This document shows positions 1 through 12,195 of a DNA stretch of 64,000 bases, piece after piece. Position 1 is the first letter of the stretch; every line of letters starts with the position of its first letter. Under the pieces are notes generated by a model. The model made no database searches. It saw only the letters and a list, made by a program, of their open reading frames with translations, and was not told the DNA's origin. Origin of the DNA: Lama guanicoe. Taxonomy: Eukaryota. The stretch is taken from positions 2,834,324 through 2,898,323 of the forward strand of contig MU053559.1 of the NCBI GenBank assembly GCA_013239625.1, written 5' to 3'. A program made the position numbers and the translations under genes.

Positions 1-2553
1 GTATCAACTGAAAATAAGATTAAAGCAAAAAGATTTTCAAAAATGTACTGAAAGTCACCAGTTAATTTCTGTTAAAATGTTTTACTTAATTACTTATCAG
101 TAACTGCACTATAATTTTAAAAAATAAGAATCTTGAATTATTATGTCACCAAAAGATTAATGGCAGCATTACTTTGAAGAGGAAAGTGGTCAAGATCATG
201 CGACACTTCAGGAACTGTGATTAAGCAACCACTTGCTGATTACAATCTTTTAAAGATAAAGGTATTACAACAAAATAATATATCATATTAGTAATTATTT
301 AAAATTAAAAACTCTTAAGCATTGTGTATCAAATGGCAATCATACAACCAAAAATTCTTTCAATGACTCTAATTTATATTAATCTTACAAAAACATTCAG
401 AGACTAAAAGAAATCAGCAGTTTGGACAAAGTATTCTCACACCTAAAAAAAAGAACATACAAGTTTCTGGACAAGTAAGAGATACTTACTATATGTTTTA
501 AACTTTCCAAAAGCTTTTAAGAGTTAACTTTTTTAAAACCTCCTAATTTAAATTTTAAAACTTGAAAGAGGATCCAATAACATAGGAATAAGAATTTTTG
601 AAAACAAGTAGTAACAGCTACGCTTCTATCAGAAAGAAAAAAGTTACACAAATTGCAGACTAAATTTGTTTGGAGGGGGAGGGGTGGGTAATGACAAAAA
701 TCATAGCTAAAAAGAGAATCCTAGAGTTATTCAGTTCCAGCATCTGCCCTTAGGTAAGTACCCTTAACCTACCCAAACAAAGAAAAGCCAACTCTTGTTT
801 TGAAGACTTTCAGAGAATAAGAATTCTGAAAACCAACACAGTTCAACATTCCACAAAAAAAACATGCTGTTTACCAGGACTGTTCAAAAGATGGATGAAA
901 TTAAATAATTCAATACTTCCTATAGCAGGAATCCGGCTCATTCATTCTATTCAGAATCTAATTCAAACACCCGGTCCGAGGTTATATAATATCATCCAGC
1001 TTTGCATTACACATCTCACTGGTATGTTCAGGCTCACAAGGATGCAACCAAGAAGTGCATGAGGTTTCAGGCACAAGCTCCCGAGTGTTTTATTTTAATG
1101 TTAAGTCTTATGAGTCTTGACCTAAACAGGTAGGACCTCACAAGTACGGGGTCAGGAGTAATGAAGAATATTTTTCTTTAGCTCAACAAAATACTTAGCA
1201 CTTTATCAAATTACCTGGTATTTTATGAGGCCTTAATTCTTCCGCAAAACATAATGAAGCTTCGCTACTTTCTCATTTATAAGACGTTACTGTACTTGTG
1301 AAAGTAATGCACACTTTCACAAAAAATACTTGAAAATGTTCAGTCCTTTTACTATTTAAACTCAATTATGCATAATAACTACCGGGTTCAATGTTATAAT
1401 CTGAAATACAATGTTAAGCACGATCCACTGTGAATCTATCTAAATACAAGCAATCTGAGACATGGAATCAACTAGCATTTTACACATTATCCACATTAAA
1501 CATCAGATTCCATTTATTTCTTCATTACCATAACCAAAAGCAACAGATTTAGCCAAACTTTTCCAAATGTATTATCTTTGCAGTTTTACCAGCCCCCATT
1601 AGACTGGCAACAGTCACTTCAAAATAAAGTAATGCTCCTTAAATTTTATTAAGTTAAATTAAATATTTTGCTTGGCCTTTTGGAATGACAACTTTGACAG
1701 TAACCGAGCACTTTTTAATAAAATATTTTAAATACTGAGGTTGCAAAACAAAAAAACTCAAGGCTTAAGTCATTTATGCTTAAATCATTTCAGACGTAGT
1801 CACTATTCATTTTCCCGGCAATAATTTTAAGGAAGCCAATTAATACCTACACAAAGTTTAATTCAACTTTTCTCTGTCAGTCAAAGGAACTGGGCTTACT
1901 GAAAAAGATTATGGCTGTTTAGCTTTCTGGTCATTATTTGTGTCCGAAACCCCATATACTTAAGTTACTTTGAAACAAAAACAGAAGTGTAATTGCAGAT
2001 AAAAGAAACGAGCGGCTCTTCTAAACCAAACTACAGACAAAAATTCAGGACAACTAAATTTTTAAAAATCTCAACTTAAGAATAAAATGCTAGGCTTTAG
2101 TCATTTCTAACTTCCTTCTCAACTGCAACAATAAAACTAAGTGTCAAATGCAAAGCTAATGATTTCAGCTAGAAAAGAAAATGCCTAATGGATGCAACAC
2201 CTATCGCGCACGGTGCAAGTTTCAGGGTCCCAATAAAGAAGCAAGCATACAATAAACATTTCGATCAGATTTTGGTCAAGAGACACAAACTGATGCAGGC
2301 AGATCGAGACTCCACAGCCTTTGTTCAATAGCTTACGGATGGGTAACTAAATGTGCTACAGGTTGATAAGCATTTACCAGGCTTATGAATGCTGCTTCCG
2401 AGCCTGAGAAAGGTACCAGAATTCCAGGCGCAAATAATCGTGGGTAATTTTTATTAAACACCACCGAGCTACACACTCTAAAGGAGAGGCCTATTCTTCG
2501 CTACTATTTATTTCCATGTTTACCTCTCCTCCCTCCCCCAAACCCCCCCTTCC

Positions 2554-2635
2554 CTTTCTCCTCCCACCCTGTCCTGCCATCTTGGGCCGATAGACTTTCT
2601 CCTCCCACCCTGTCCCGCCATCTTGGGCCGATAGG
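2554..2635. repeat. 41-bp tandem duplication in KDM6A intron 2
   Basis: CTTTCTCCTCCCACCCTGTCCYGCCATCTTGGGCCGATAG twice (2554-2594, 2595-2635). Confidence 0.95.
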
Positions 2636-3396
2636 AGCAGCCATTACTTAACTAAATGACAGTGCCAAGAACTTTCCACACAAATAAACAGAGACTACAC
2701 CCCGAATTCCCCCCTGGCCTCCACTGTCAGACACACAGGAAACCGAGGCTCCAAGAAGAAAACACATTCACAGATAACTGTAGGGTTTCTATGGCCGAAA
2801 GACCGAAAAAAGTAAACAAGTCACCTAACTTCAGGTAAAACACAGACCTATCGAGATGCCTGTCAACGGCCCAATGCAAACTCTTCACCGCCCTAAACTA
2901 CGTGCAACTTCCCCCTTCTGGGAGCGGGGACACAAGAAAGCCCCAAACGTTTGGTTACCAGTAGACTTCACGAGCAGCCTGCCTGGAGAAAAAGAATAAA
3001 AACCACAGGAGCCAAGTTAAGTCGGAAATGCGGGGACATCGGCACACATTTACGATCCCTTGACTCTTTAACAGGCAGCTCGGGGAGTTCATCGGTCGAC
3101 CCCCCACAAAAGCCATAAAATAACAGGCAATTTTGTCCACCCGGTTCAGCTCGGCCCCAAAGCGCTGCCGTCTCTGTTCCTCCAGCTACGAGAGGAGAGG
3201 GCGATTTCGCAAGGGAGCCAGAGAGGCATCTAGGGGTGGGGGAAGAGCAGCGGCAGGAAATAGTTTTCCGGAAGCCCCTCGGCCATCGTTCGCGGCCACA
3301 ATGAGCGCCGGCCCGGCTGCGGAGCCGCGGAGCCCGGGGCGAGTGGGGCGCCGGCCAGGGAGACCGTGTCCGCGCTCCGGCCCGCGGCTGCCTTAC

Positions 3397-3853
<457 letters not shown>

Positions 3854-4187
3854 TCACAACTCCAACGCCGACACCCCCCCCGGGCCGGGACCCGCAACGA
3901 CGCCCCCAATCTCCGCGCGGGACCGGCACACCAACTTTATCGCCGCCTCCTCCTCCGCCGCGGGCGGCAGCGACGAAAAATCCCAACGCGGCGGCGGTAA
4001 AGGCGGCGGCGGCAGGGGCTGCGGAGCCCCCGAGTCGGCAGCGGCGGCGGCTCGGCTGTAGGGTCACATCGCGGGGGCGGGCGAGGGGCAGCTACGGACG
4101 GGGACGACGGGAATGGCCGGAGCGCGCGGGGCTGGGGGACACAGGGGGGAATTCGTTGGAGACACAAACTTCCCCGGCACCAGCAGA

Positions 4188-4235
4188 AATTTGTTTTAAT
4201 TGTGTCACACAAAGTTGTTGTAATTGTGTCACACA
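4188..4235. repeat. 24-bp tandem duplication near the KDM6A transcription start
   Basis: AATTTGTTTTAATTGTGTCACACA / AAGTTGTTGTAATTGTGTCACACA, 22/24 identical. Confidence 0.9.
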
Positions 4236-4261
4236 GCGAACCCCACGCCGCCGCCGTGACC

Positions 4262-4380
4262 CCCCCTCCCCGCCCGGCCGGGACAGCCAATCGACGCGGC
4301 AGTCTCTCCTCACGTGACCTTTGTTGACTCACGTCAGCCGTGGCTCCACTCAACTTGCTAGCTGCCCGGGCCCCGCCCAC
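4262..4380 (-). promoter_or_regulatory. KDM6A proximal promoter motif cluster (GC boxes, CCAAT, E-box, AP-1/CRE half-site)
   Basis: CCCCGCCC ~4268 and ~4371; CCAAT 4287-4291; TCACGTGA 4310-4317; TGACTCACGTCA 4325-4336. Confidence 0.6.
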
Positions 4381-6504
4381 CGAAGCCGCCACCGACGGGG
4401 AGCGGGACGCACGCCAGTTCTGGCCGGTGGTTGGCTGCCGGGCCTGTCTGTCGGGGGGAAGGGTTGTCACCGAGAGGGAGCAGCCGGTTTGGTTGTGCCA
4501 GTTAAATACACTGGGGCAGAGAATGGAGGGTCCGGGCTGTGTCACCTCCGGAGCCGCGGCGGGCTTGGGAGGGGGAGGGGAGCAGTAGGGAAGGGCGAGG
4601 TCTGGCACCGCCCGCGGCGGGAGCGAGCCGTGACGAAGGACGCCATGGACGGCCTTTGCCCGTCCGGGTGCTCCGGAGTGGCCCAGACCGCGGCTCCGGT
4701 ATCCTGCGCTCCGGGGGTCCCGGGCCCCGGAGGGCCTGGTAAGAGTCGCGTCGCCGGGAGGCGGCGCACGGCCCGTGACCTCCGTCCTCCGAAGAAGGCG
4801 CACACTTTTGGCACCGCTGGAAATAATGGCCTCCGCGAGGAGCGCGGTCGGGGAGCGGCCGCCGGCTCCCTACCCCGCGGCTGAGGCGCCGCCCTAGGCC
4901 ATCCCTGCAGCCCCGGCTCCGATCCCCTCGCTGCGCCGCAGGTGAAGGGGGAAAGGCCCCCTGACCCGAGGGAATGAAGAGTCGCCCACGGGGGTCTGGC
5001 TCGCTGACCACGGATCCCCACCGCCGAAGGTCTGTGTTGGCGGCACTTTGGGGCCAAATTTTCGTGCTATCGGCTTTTTATCAGTAGTTCATTGTGGTGA
5101 TGTAAGAAGAAGCAATGACCAAAAAATTGTTAAGTGAGATCTCCAGAATGTTGGTTTCTAGTGCTATGATCTCAGTGGGGCCTTCATGGAAGAGTTGGGG
5201 CTGCTTGTAGACAGGCCTGAGAGAAGACATAATTAAGATCCTCGTCGAAGCTTGCAGCCCAGAAAACCCTTTTCTACCACCCCCCCCCCAAAAAACATGT
5301 CTTAGGCAGCAATAACATTTTCTTGTTCTGACCGTGTCTCAGATGTTAGTAAAAGTCGCTAGGCTACCTTTCAATCTATAGTATAATTGGGAAAAAAGAA
5401 AACATGCTTTGGGTCTATTACTTTTCAAAACACAAGTTTAGTAAGATATGTCTCATAGAACTGTTACAGGGCACAACTCCAGTATTCAGGGATAGGAAAA
5501 AAATAAATGGACATATGAAGACAAGGTTTCCATTATAAACATGGACTCTATATTTTCAATAATGTAACCAATAAACAAGATATATTTAACTTGGATTTCA
5601 AAATATAAGGCAGACATTTCAGTGCTAACTCAGTAATCCCAGCAGTATTCAGTGAGAAGCTATGGAAATCCCAACTGATTTTGCACACAGTTTTAAACTG
5701 TCCCCCTGAGACGAGTAACTAGACTTAACGAGCTATAGTTTTACATGGATTACATTTCATGTTTAATTACTTTCTCTGATACACCTCTTCCACTCTTTAC
5801 GATATCCTTTCCATTTTTACTTGAATGGGTGAGTATACAGGCCAAATATTTTCTACAGCTAAATTAATATGTGCGTTGTTAACTTTGTCACAACAGATGA
5901 CCTTCAAAGCTTGGGAGATTTTGACACCAGTCTACCCCACCCCCGACCCCAACACACACACACACAGACATACACTTAGACTTGCACAAGCAGGGATATG
6001 AATTCTGCCAGTATTCGGCAATCTTCCTGGAGCTGGTGATTCTTGACTCAGGCCCTTTCCAAGAATTATAGGGCTACCCACCCCCAACCCCTCAAAACCC
6101 TCTTTCCCTCTACATAATCATTACTAGGTAATAGCAGCAGAATTGCATGGAGTGGCTGCAATGGGTGGGGTTGAAGTCAGGCTGGCAGACCTGGATACAA
6201 ATCATAATTCTGCACAGGCTGTGTCCTTGGAAAAGTTCCTTATCCTCTAAGCCAGAACTGTATGTCTAATCCAACTACAGATATCCATCCTCTGTCATGA
6301 AGCATGAGACAATTTTTATACAGTAACATGATCCTTAGATCACTAATATTTTAGATCTTGCATAGTTTATAATCTGTCAAATGTTTGTATAATAGGTATG
6401 TTACCTCTTAGGTTTAGGTCCTTCACTGGAGAGAGAAATGGGGAAGTTGGATGGATAATTTTATAATATTTCTATGAAATGTGAATCTAAAAACCTGTTG
6501 AGAA

Positions 6505-6745
6505 GGCAGAGCAGTTGAGCCAAAGATACATGAACTGGGGAATCATGCAGTTCTGGGTTCAAAGCCTAACTCTACCACTTGATAGCTGGGTGACCTTCAA
6601 CAAGTTAGTCTCATCTGACTAATTAGACTAATTTGGTTCAGTTCCCTCATCTGTGAAAAAAGAGAAAATAGAGCCACTTTACAATGTTATTTTGAAGATT
6701 AAATGCCATTAGGTAAAGTGCCAGACACATAATATGCATTCAAAT
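6505..6745 (+). mobile_element. MIR SINE
   Basis: MIR core-like CTGGGTTCAAAGCC..TAGCTGGGTGACCTT..CAGTTCCCTCATCTGTGAAA..GATTAAATG. Confidence 0.75.
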
Positions 6746-7559
6746 ACCTCAAAAAAAAAAGGAAGCTTGGAATTTCTAAAATCCTTTCTAGCTTTCATAT
6801 TCTGGGTTCTAAATGTGTCCACCAATCACTTCCTCCTTATCCCTCTTCAACCTCCCTATAAGCCCAACACATAAGCAGTCCTAATCTACTTTTTATTTGG
6901 GGCATATAACCCTAACATTGCTACCTCTCTCCTTTATTCTAAAATTAAACCTTATATCAATTAGCACTGATTCATGTTTCATAATTGTAACCTAATACAC
7001 TAGGAGCTGGGAAGAGTAATTTGGATTTGCCAAGCTGATGTGACTAATACATGCATAGATAAATCAAACTTCTTAAATTTTATAAAATTTGTATCATGCT
7101 GAGTCAGATTGTGGACTGATTAGTGCATCATTTGTAGCAACATTGTGTTAATACTCATGTAAGTACCATCAATTAATATCAGAGGAGAAGCCCACTCAAT
7201 TATCGGAAAATAAATGTAACTTCCTTTTAAATACTAAATACTTAACCTGAACTATTTAGGAACATGTAGTTCATTTATAAAGTTAGTGCCATATGACCTA
7301 TGCAGACAATAAAAAAATCATGTAACAGAGTGATGATTTATCTAGTCTTATAAATAGAACTATACTTGTCCTTTAAGTCAGGATCAAAAATAAATTCAGC
7401 TCTTCCCACACTTACTGGTGTCATAAAGATTATCCAACTGATGTCCAAACACATTGGTGACAAAAATTAACACAGGGTTAGAGTTGAGGGGAGATAGGGA
7501 GCCAAGTATAGACAGATTTTCACCTATTACCAAAACTTCAGTTGTCGGAATGATTTCAG

Positions 7560-8650
7560 GACTTCTGGAAGAAGCCTTGACTCCCACACCCAGCCTAGAC
7601 TTCTACCCTTACCAAGCTGTAATTAGACACCTCAAATCCTACCCCCCCACCACCACCGCACTAGAGAGCCTGGACTTCCACCCACACCCAGCAGTAGTGA
7701 GGCATCACTCCCCTTCCTTGCGGAGGTGGTATCAGAGGAGGCCTACTGGAGAGTCAGAACTTTCACCACTGCCCAGTGGTAACAAAGCCACCACTCCCAT
7801 GGTGAGAGTGGACACAATTTGGGAAACAGTAATGAGGCCCCCCCTCCACTTCCAGATATAGTGGTATCAATAGACGCCTCGTGGGGAGCCAGAACTTCCA
7901 TTCACACCCAGCAGTAGAAAGGAGACCACCCGCCTCTACCACTGTCAGCCAAGGTTGAGTGGGGAACCTGGACTTCCACTTCTACAAGATGGTAACAAGC
8001 AGTGCTTTCCCTTCCCCAACAGAGTGATGTCAGAAAAGGCCCACTAAAACAGAATATTTAGATAAGATCGAGTCTTACAATACCCACCATGTCCAGGTTT
8101 CAGTGAAAAATCACTCATACCAAGAACCAGGGTAATCCCAACATTAGTTAGAAAAGATAGTCAACAGATGTGAACACTAAGGTGAATCAGATGTTCACAT
8201 TATCTGACAAGGATTTTAAAGCAGTCGTAAAAATGTTTCAGTGATCAATTATGAACCTATTTGAAACAAATGAAAAACTAGGAAGTCTTAGCAGATAAAT
8301 AAGAAGTTTCAGCAAAAAAAAAATAGAAGATATAAAGAAGAACCAAATGGAAATTTTAGAACTGAAAAATATAATAACCAAAATTTAAAGCTCAGTGTAT
8401 GGGCTCATCATCAGAATGGAGGGGATAGAGGAAAGAATAAGAGAAGTTCAAGATAGCACAATAGAAATTACCAATCTGAACAACGGAGAGAAAATAGACT
8501 GAAAAATGATAATAATAAACAGAGCCTCAGAGATCTATTAGATGATAATAAAGGCTATAACATCTGTGTCATCAGAATCCCAGAATGAGAGAAGAAATAG
8601 GTCAGGGCCCAAAAGGTATCCAAAGAAATAATGGCTGAAAACGTTCCAAG
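7560..8650 (+). mobile_element. Old L1 5' region with ORF1 remnant
   Basis: Repeated CTGGACTTCCAC units followed by A-rich ORF1-like sequence (AAGAAGAACCAAATGGAAATTTTAGAACTGAAAAATATAATAACC). Confidence 0.75.
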
Positions 8651-9189
8651 TTGACAGTCTCTGTCCTGAACTCTTGGAGAGTTATGTAAGTAAATTCTAT
8701 ACTACAAAATAAAGTGGTTAGTGCTATAAGCTTTGCCCAAATTTCTGTGGGTGCTCAGAGAAGAGGCATCTTTATCAGCCTAGAGGTACCAGATAAAGCT
8801 CCTAGAGGATAAAAGATGGATTATTGGGAACTGGGGGCTGGGTACAGGGGGTGGGTATCTTCCTGGCAGAAGCAGCAACAGATCTGCAAAAATACAAAAG
8901 AATATGAGAGTTCTGGTAAATTCAGGAAGTTGAGTATGGCTGTCACCAAAAGGATAAGGAAAGAATAGGGAGCCAAAGTTGGAAAATTAAGCAGAACCCT
9001 GAAGAGTCTAGCAAGGCTTACTAAAGAATCACATGAATGGTTATGGTGATTTTAGGCATAGAAATAGCCAGATTGCTATTGATGTTAGTGCTGCTGCTTT
9101 AAACAGGAGATTTCCTTTCACTTGGGCTCAGCAGCGGACACCAAGCTCGAAGAACATTGACCAGCTGGCTGGTCTAGCCCTTTTGCTAG

Positions 9190-11424
9190 ACCAAGTAACC
9201 TATAGGCCAACTCCACCCTGCCACCTATATTTATTTGTACAGCCATTTCATCACACATTAAAATTACATGAAATTCAAATTTTGGTGTGCATAAAGTTTT
9301 ATTGGAACACAATTATGCTCATTCATTTATGTGTCATCTGTGGCTACTTTCACAAAACAACAGAGAGTTGAATAGTTGCAACAGAGAATGTATGTGGTGC
9401 TCTCGTCTCTTCACCCTGCTGCTGAGTGCCCTACAAATCACAGTGATGCTGATATAACTTGGCAGTGTTTCAAGTGCCACACATATAACACTATGACATT
9501 TCTTTTTATGACCAGTGTATACCTATCATGCCAAAACCAGAAAAAAAGAGAAAAAGGACTTCATATGTCATGCTCTTAAGGCATGGTGGAGTGTGGATTA
9601 TTTTGTTATCAAATTTGATAGCCTAGCATTTATTATGCAATAACACTATAGTTTTGCTAAAAGAGTATTCTGTATGTCAACATGATCAGACTACACTCAT
9701 CACAATATTTCCAACTGACAGGAGAGCAACAGTGAGAACAATTAGAGAATTTAAAACAGAATATTTCATCACAGCAGAGTTTCTTCACAAAACTTAAAAA
9801 ATGAATATGAGGCTGCAACCAAAGTAATTTTCTGAGTGGCTCATTTCTTAGCCAAAGAAGGAAACCTGTTTAATTAAATTGTGTTTGATTGCAATAGCCA
9901 AAGTAATGTGTTCAGAGAAAACAAGTTTAAGACTATTAGACTTTCAGCTAGAACAGTTGCTTGAAGAGTTGAGAACTTTGGGAACAACATCAATAGTCAG
10001 TTTAAAAAACAAAGCAATTAACTGAGTGGTTTTCCTTGGCACTTCATGAGTTAACAGGTAATACTGATACTGCTCAATTGTTCATTTGAAGAATCAAGGC
10101 CTTGTTTTAAATGACTGAAGAATTAGCTTCTGTGAATAGTCTGCATGGAACAACAATAGGGGAAAATATTTTCAAAGAAGCTGAAAAAATACTGATTCCG
10201 TACAACATGAAGAGGAACCTGCTAAGATGTGTTACAAGCAATGGTAGTAAAAATATGTGTAAAACAGAAAATTGCTCATTTGATCAAACGAAGCCTACGG
10301 CTATTTATTACATTATTCATCGGTAATTACTTTGTGGTAGTATTTGAACTTATTGTGTTATTGAGCCAGTAGTGTCAATGTTAACTTCATTGATTCACAT
10401 GGCCTCTTCTGTGAATTTTTATTGGAAATAGAAACTGAATATCCTGACTTGTTCTACCGCATAGCAGTTCTTGTTGTTCAATTGTGATTCTTTTCAGCTC
10501 AAGAACAAAATTGAGAATTTTTGAATGAGAACAGCCTTCAACCACTATTATTAAACTATGAATGGCTTTGGAAATTAGCTTTTGTAGGAGACTTGATAAT
10601 ATGTCTTAATGAACTTCACCAATTACAAGATATAACAGCACTTAACACATGGAACTTATACTTCAGTAAAATTATTTTGATGACGACTAATGTTGCTTGA
10701 ATTGCAAGTGATGTCAAGCCACTTTCTACACTTCCATGCTAGCAAAAGTTAAAACAAGCATATTATCCATTCCTATACAAATCTACAACAGGTATGTTTT
10801 CCAAGCTCAATTTACAGTTCCAAGCAGCATTTTTTAGACCTCAATGCAAGTGCAAAGGAAATTTCAATATTTCAAAATTCATTTAACTGTGCAGTTGAGA
10901 AGTTTCTACCTAACCATCAATTAAAAGCAATTAGTCTGCAATGTAATGACATACTAAAATGTAAATATCAAGAGAAGAATCTAATAGAATTCTATAAATG
11001 CTTTCCATGCAATTAATATGCTCACTTAAAATCATATGCACATGGACTGATGTCAGTGTTCGGCAGTGCCTATCTATATTGAAGGACATTTGTAAAAATG
11101 AAATACATAAAATCCCATTATAGATCAGCATTGACAGATGAACATTTGCAAACTAATCTGATGATAGGAAATACTAACTTTGAACCCTAATTAAGCAAAA
11201 TGTATTCTAAAAACAATCCTATTCTTCTCATTAGTAGACCTCTATTATCAAAATACCCAGTTATTACTATTACATTTTAAATGTCATCAATAAAATATTT
11301 GTGGAAATTTGTTTTCTCTCTTGTTATATAAGTACCTACATAATCTCTTTAATTTTGCCTCTTGACTTGAAAAATCTAAAATATTTACTATCTGGTCCCA
11401 TACAGAAAAATTTGCCAACCCCTG
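9190..11424 (+). mobile_element. Near full-length fossil hAT-Charlie DNA transposon (Cheshire/MER58 family) with disrupted transposase
   Basis: MER58-like ends (right end ..AAATTTGCCAACCCCTG at 11424); internal ORF MTEELASVNSLHGTTIGENIFKE (10111-10326); BED-finger-like start ~9530-9700; hAT dimerisation-like SVFGSAYL..KSHYRSALTDEHL at ~11050-11150. Confidence 0.82.
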
Positions 11425-11724
11425 GCCTAAATACCTGGTTCCCTGGGGACATCCAATTTAAAATGAAACATTGCCCTTTGTCCCCAAATGTATCCTGGCC
11501 TAACTTCTCCAAAAAATTCCCTCAAATCTAGAATTAAAGACAAGATTTCATAATATCAAAGACTAAAACTGATAGGTAACCTAAGGCTTGGATCTAAGTG
11601 AAATTGATGTTAATTATGAGGCAAATGTTCTTAAATGACTGGATTAAGAAAAATCTCAGTCATTGTTTACCTTGGCTTCATTTCCTCAAACACACTGACT
11701 GAAAAAGGTAGTAAGCCACTTATT

Positions 11725-11759
11725 TACACTCGATCTTAGCCAAAAGGCTGAGAAGTGAT
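11725..11759 (-). pseudogene. U2 snRNA 5' fragment (first ~35 nt), tailless retrocopy
   Basis: Reverse complement ATCACTTCTCAGCCTTTTGGCTAAGATCGAGTGTA resembles the U2 5' end; direct repeat AGTAAGCCACTTATTTA at 11710-11726 and 11760-11776. Confidence 0.92.
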
Positions 11760-12014
11760 AGTAAGCCACTTATTTAAGGTCCACGCCCTATCTGCTGATG
11801 ACCCACCATCTACCTCCCAACTCAAAGCTGGCGTCCAAACCGACAGATGTCAATTTCTCTACCCTTGAAGGATGCTCACCAGAAAACTGACCTCTACCCA
11901 CCCCACCACTCTATATCCTCTAGACTCCTCTATTTCCTATTTATCTAGGTGATAGAGATTGGGAGGAAAAAAGAGGAGACTTGCATTTAAGGAGGTGTCA
12001 TCCCTATTAACCAT

Positions 12015-12195
12015 GATGGGCTTAATGGATGTGTAAACTGTGCAGTTGCACAGGACCCCATGATGATAAGAAGGGCTTCATTCTTGGTTTAATGATCTGT
12101 TGTCACTCTCTTGAAATTCTTAATTTTTGAACAAGGGACCCCACATTCTTATTTTGCATGTAATTTTCCTACAAATTACATAGCAAATGCTGCCC
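12015..12195. mobile_element. MER91-like hAT-Tip100 MITE
   Basis: TGCAGTTGCACAGGACCCC..TCTTGAAATTCTTAATTTTTGAACAAGGGACCCCACATT. Confidence 0.65.

Noticed and set aside
7560..8000. Spaced CTGGACTTCCAC repeats resembling an array
   Set aside because: Degenerate and irregular, directly upstream of L1 ORF1; L1 5'UTR repeats, not CRISPR-like
10111..10326. Transposase ORF as a domesticated gene
   Set aside because: Only 71 codons are open; the rest has many stops and frameshifts
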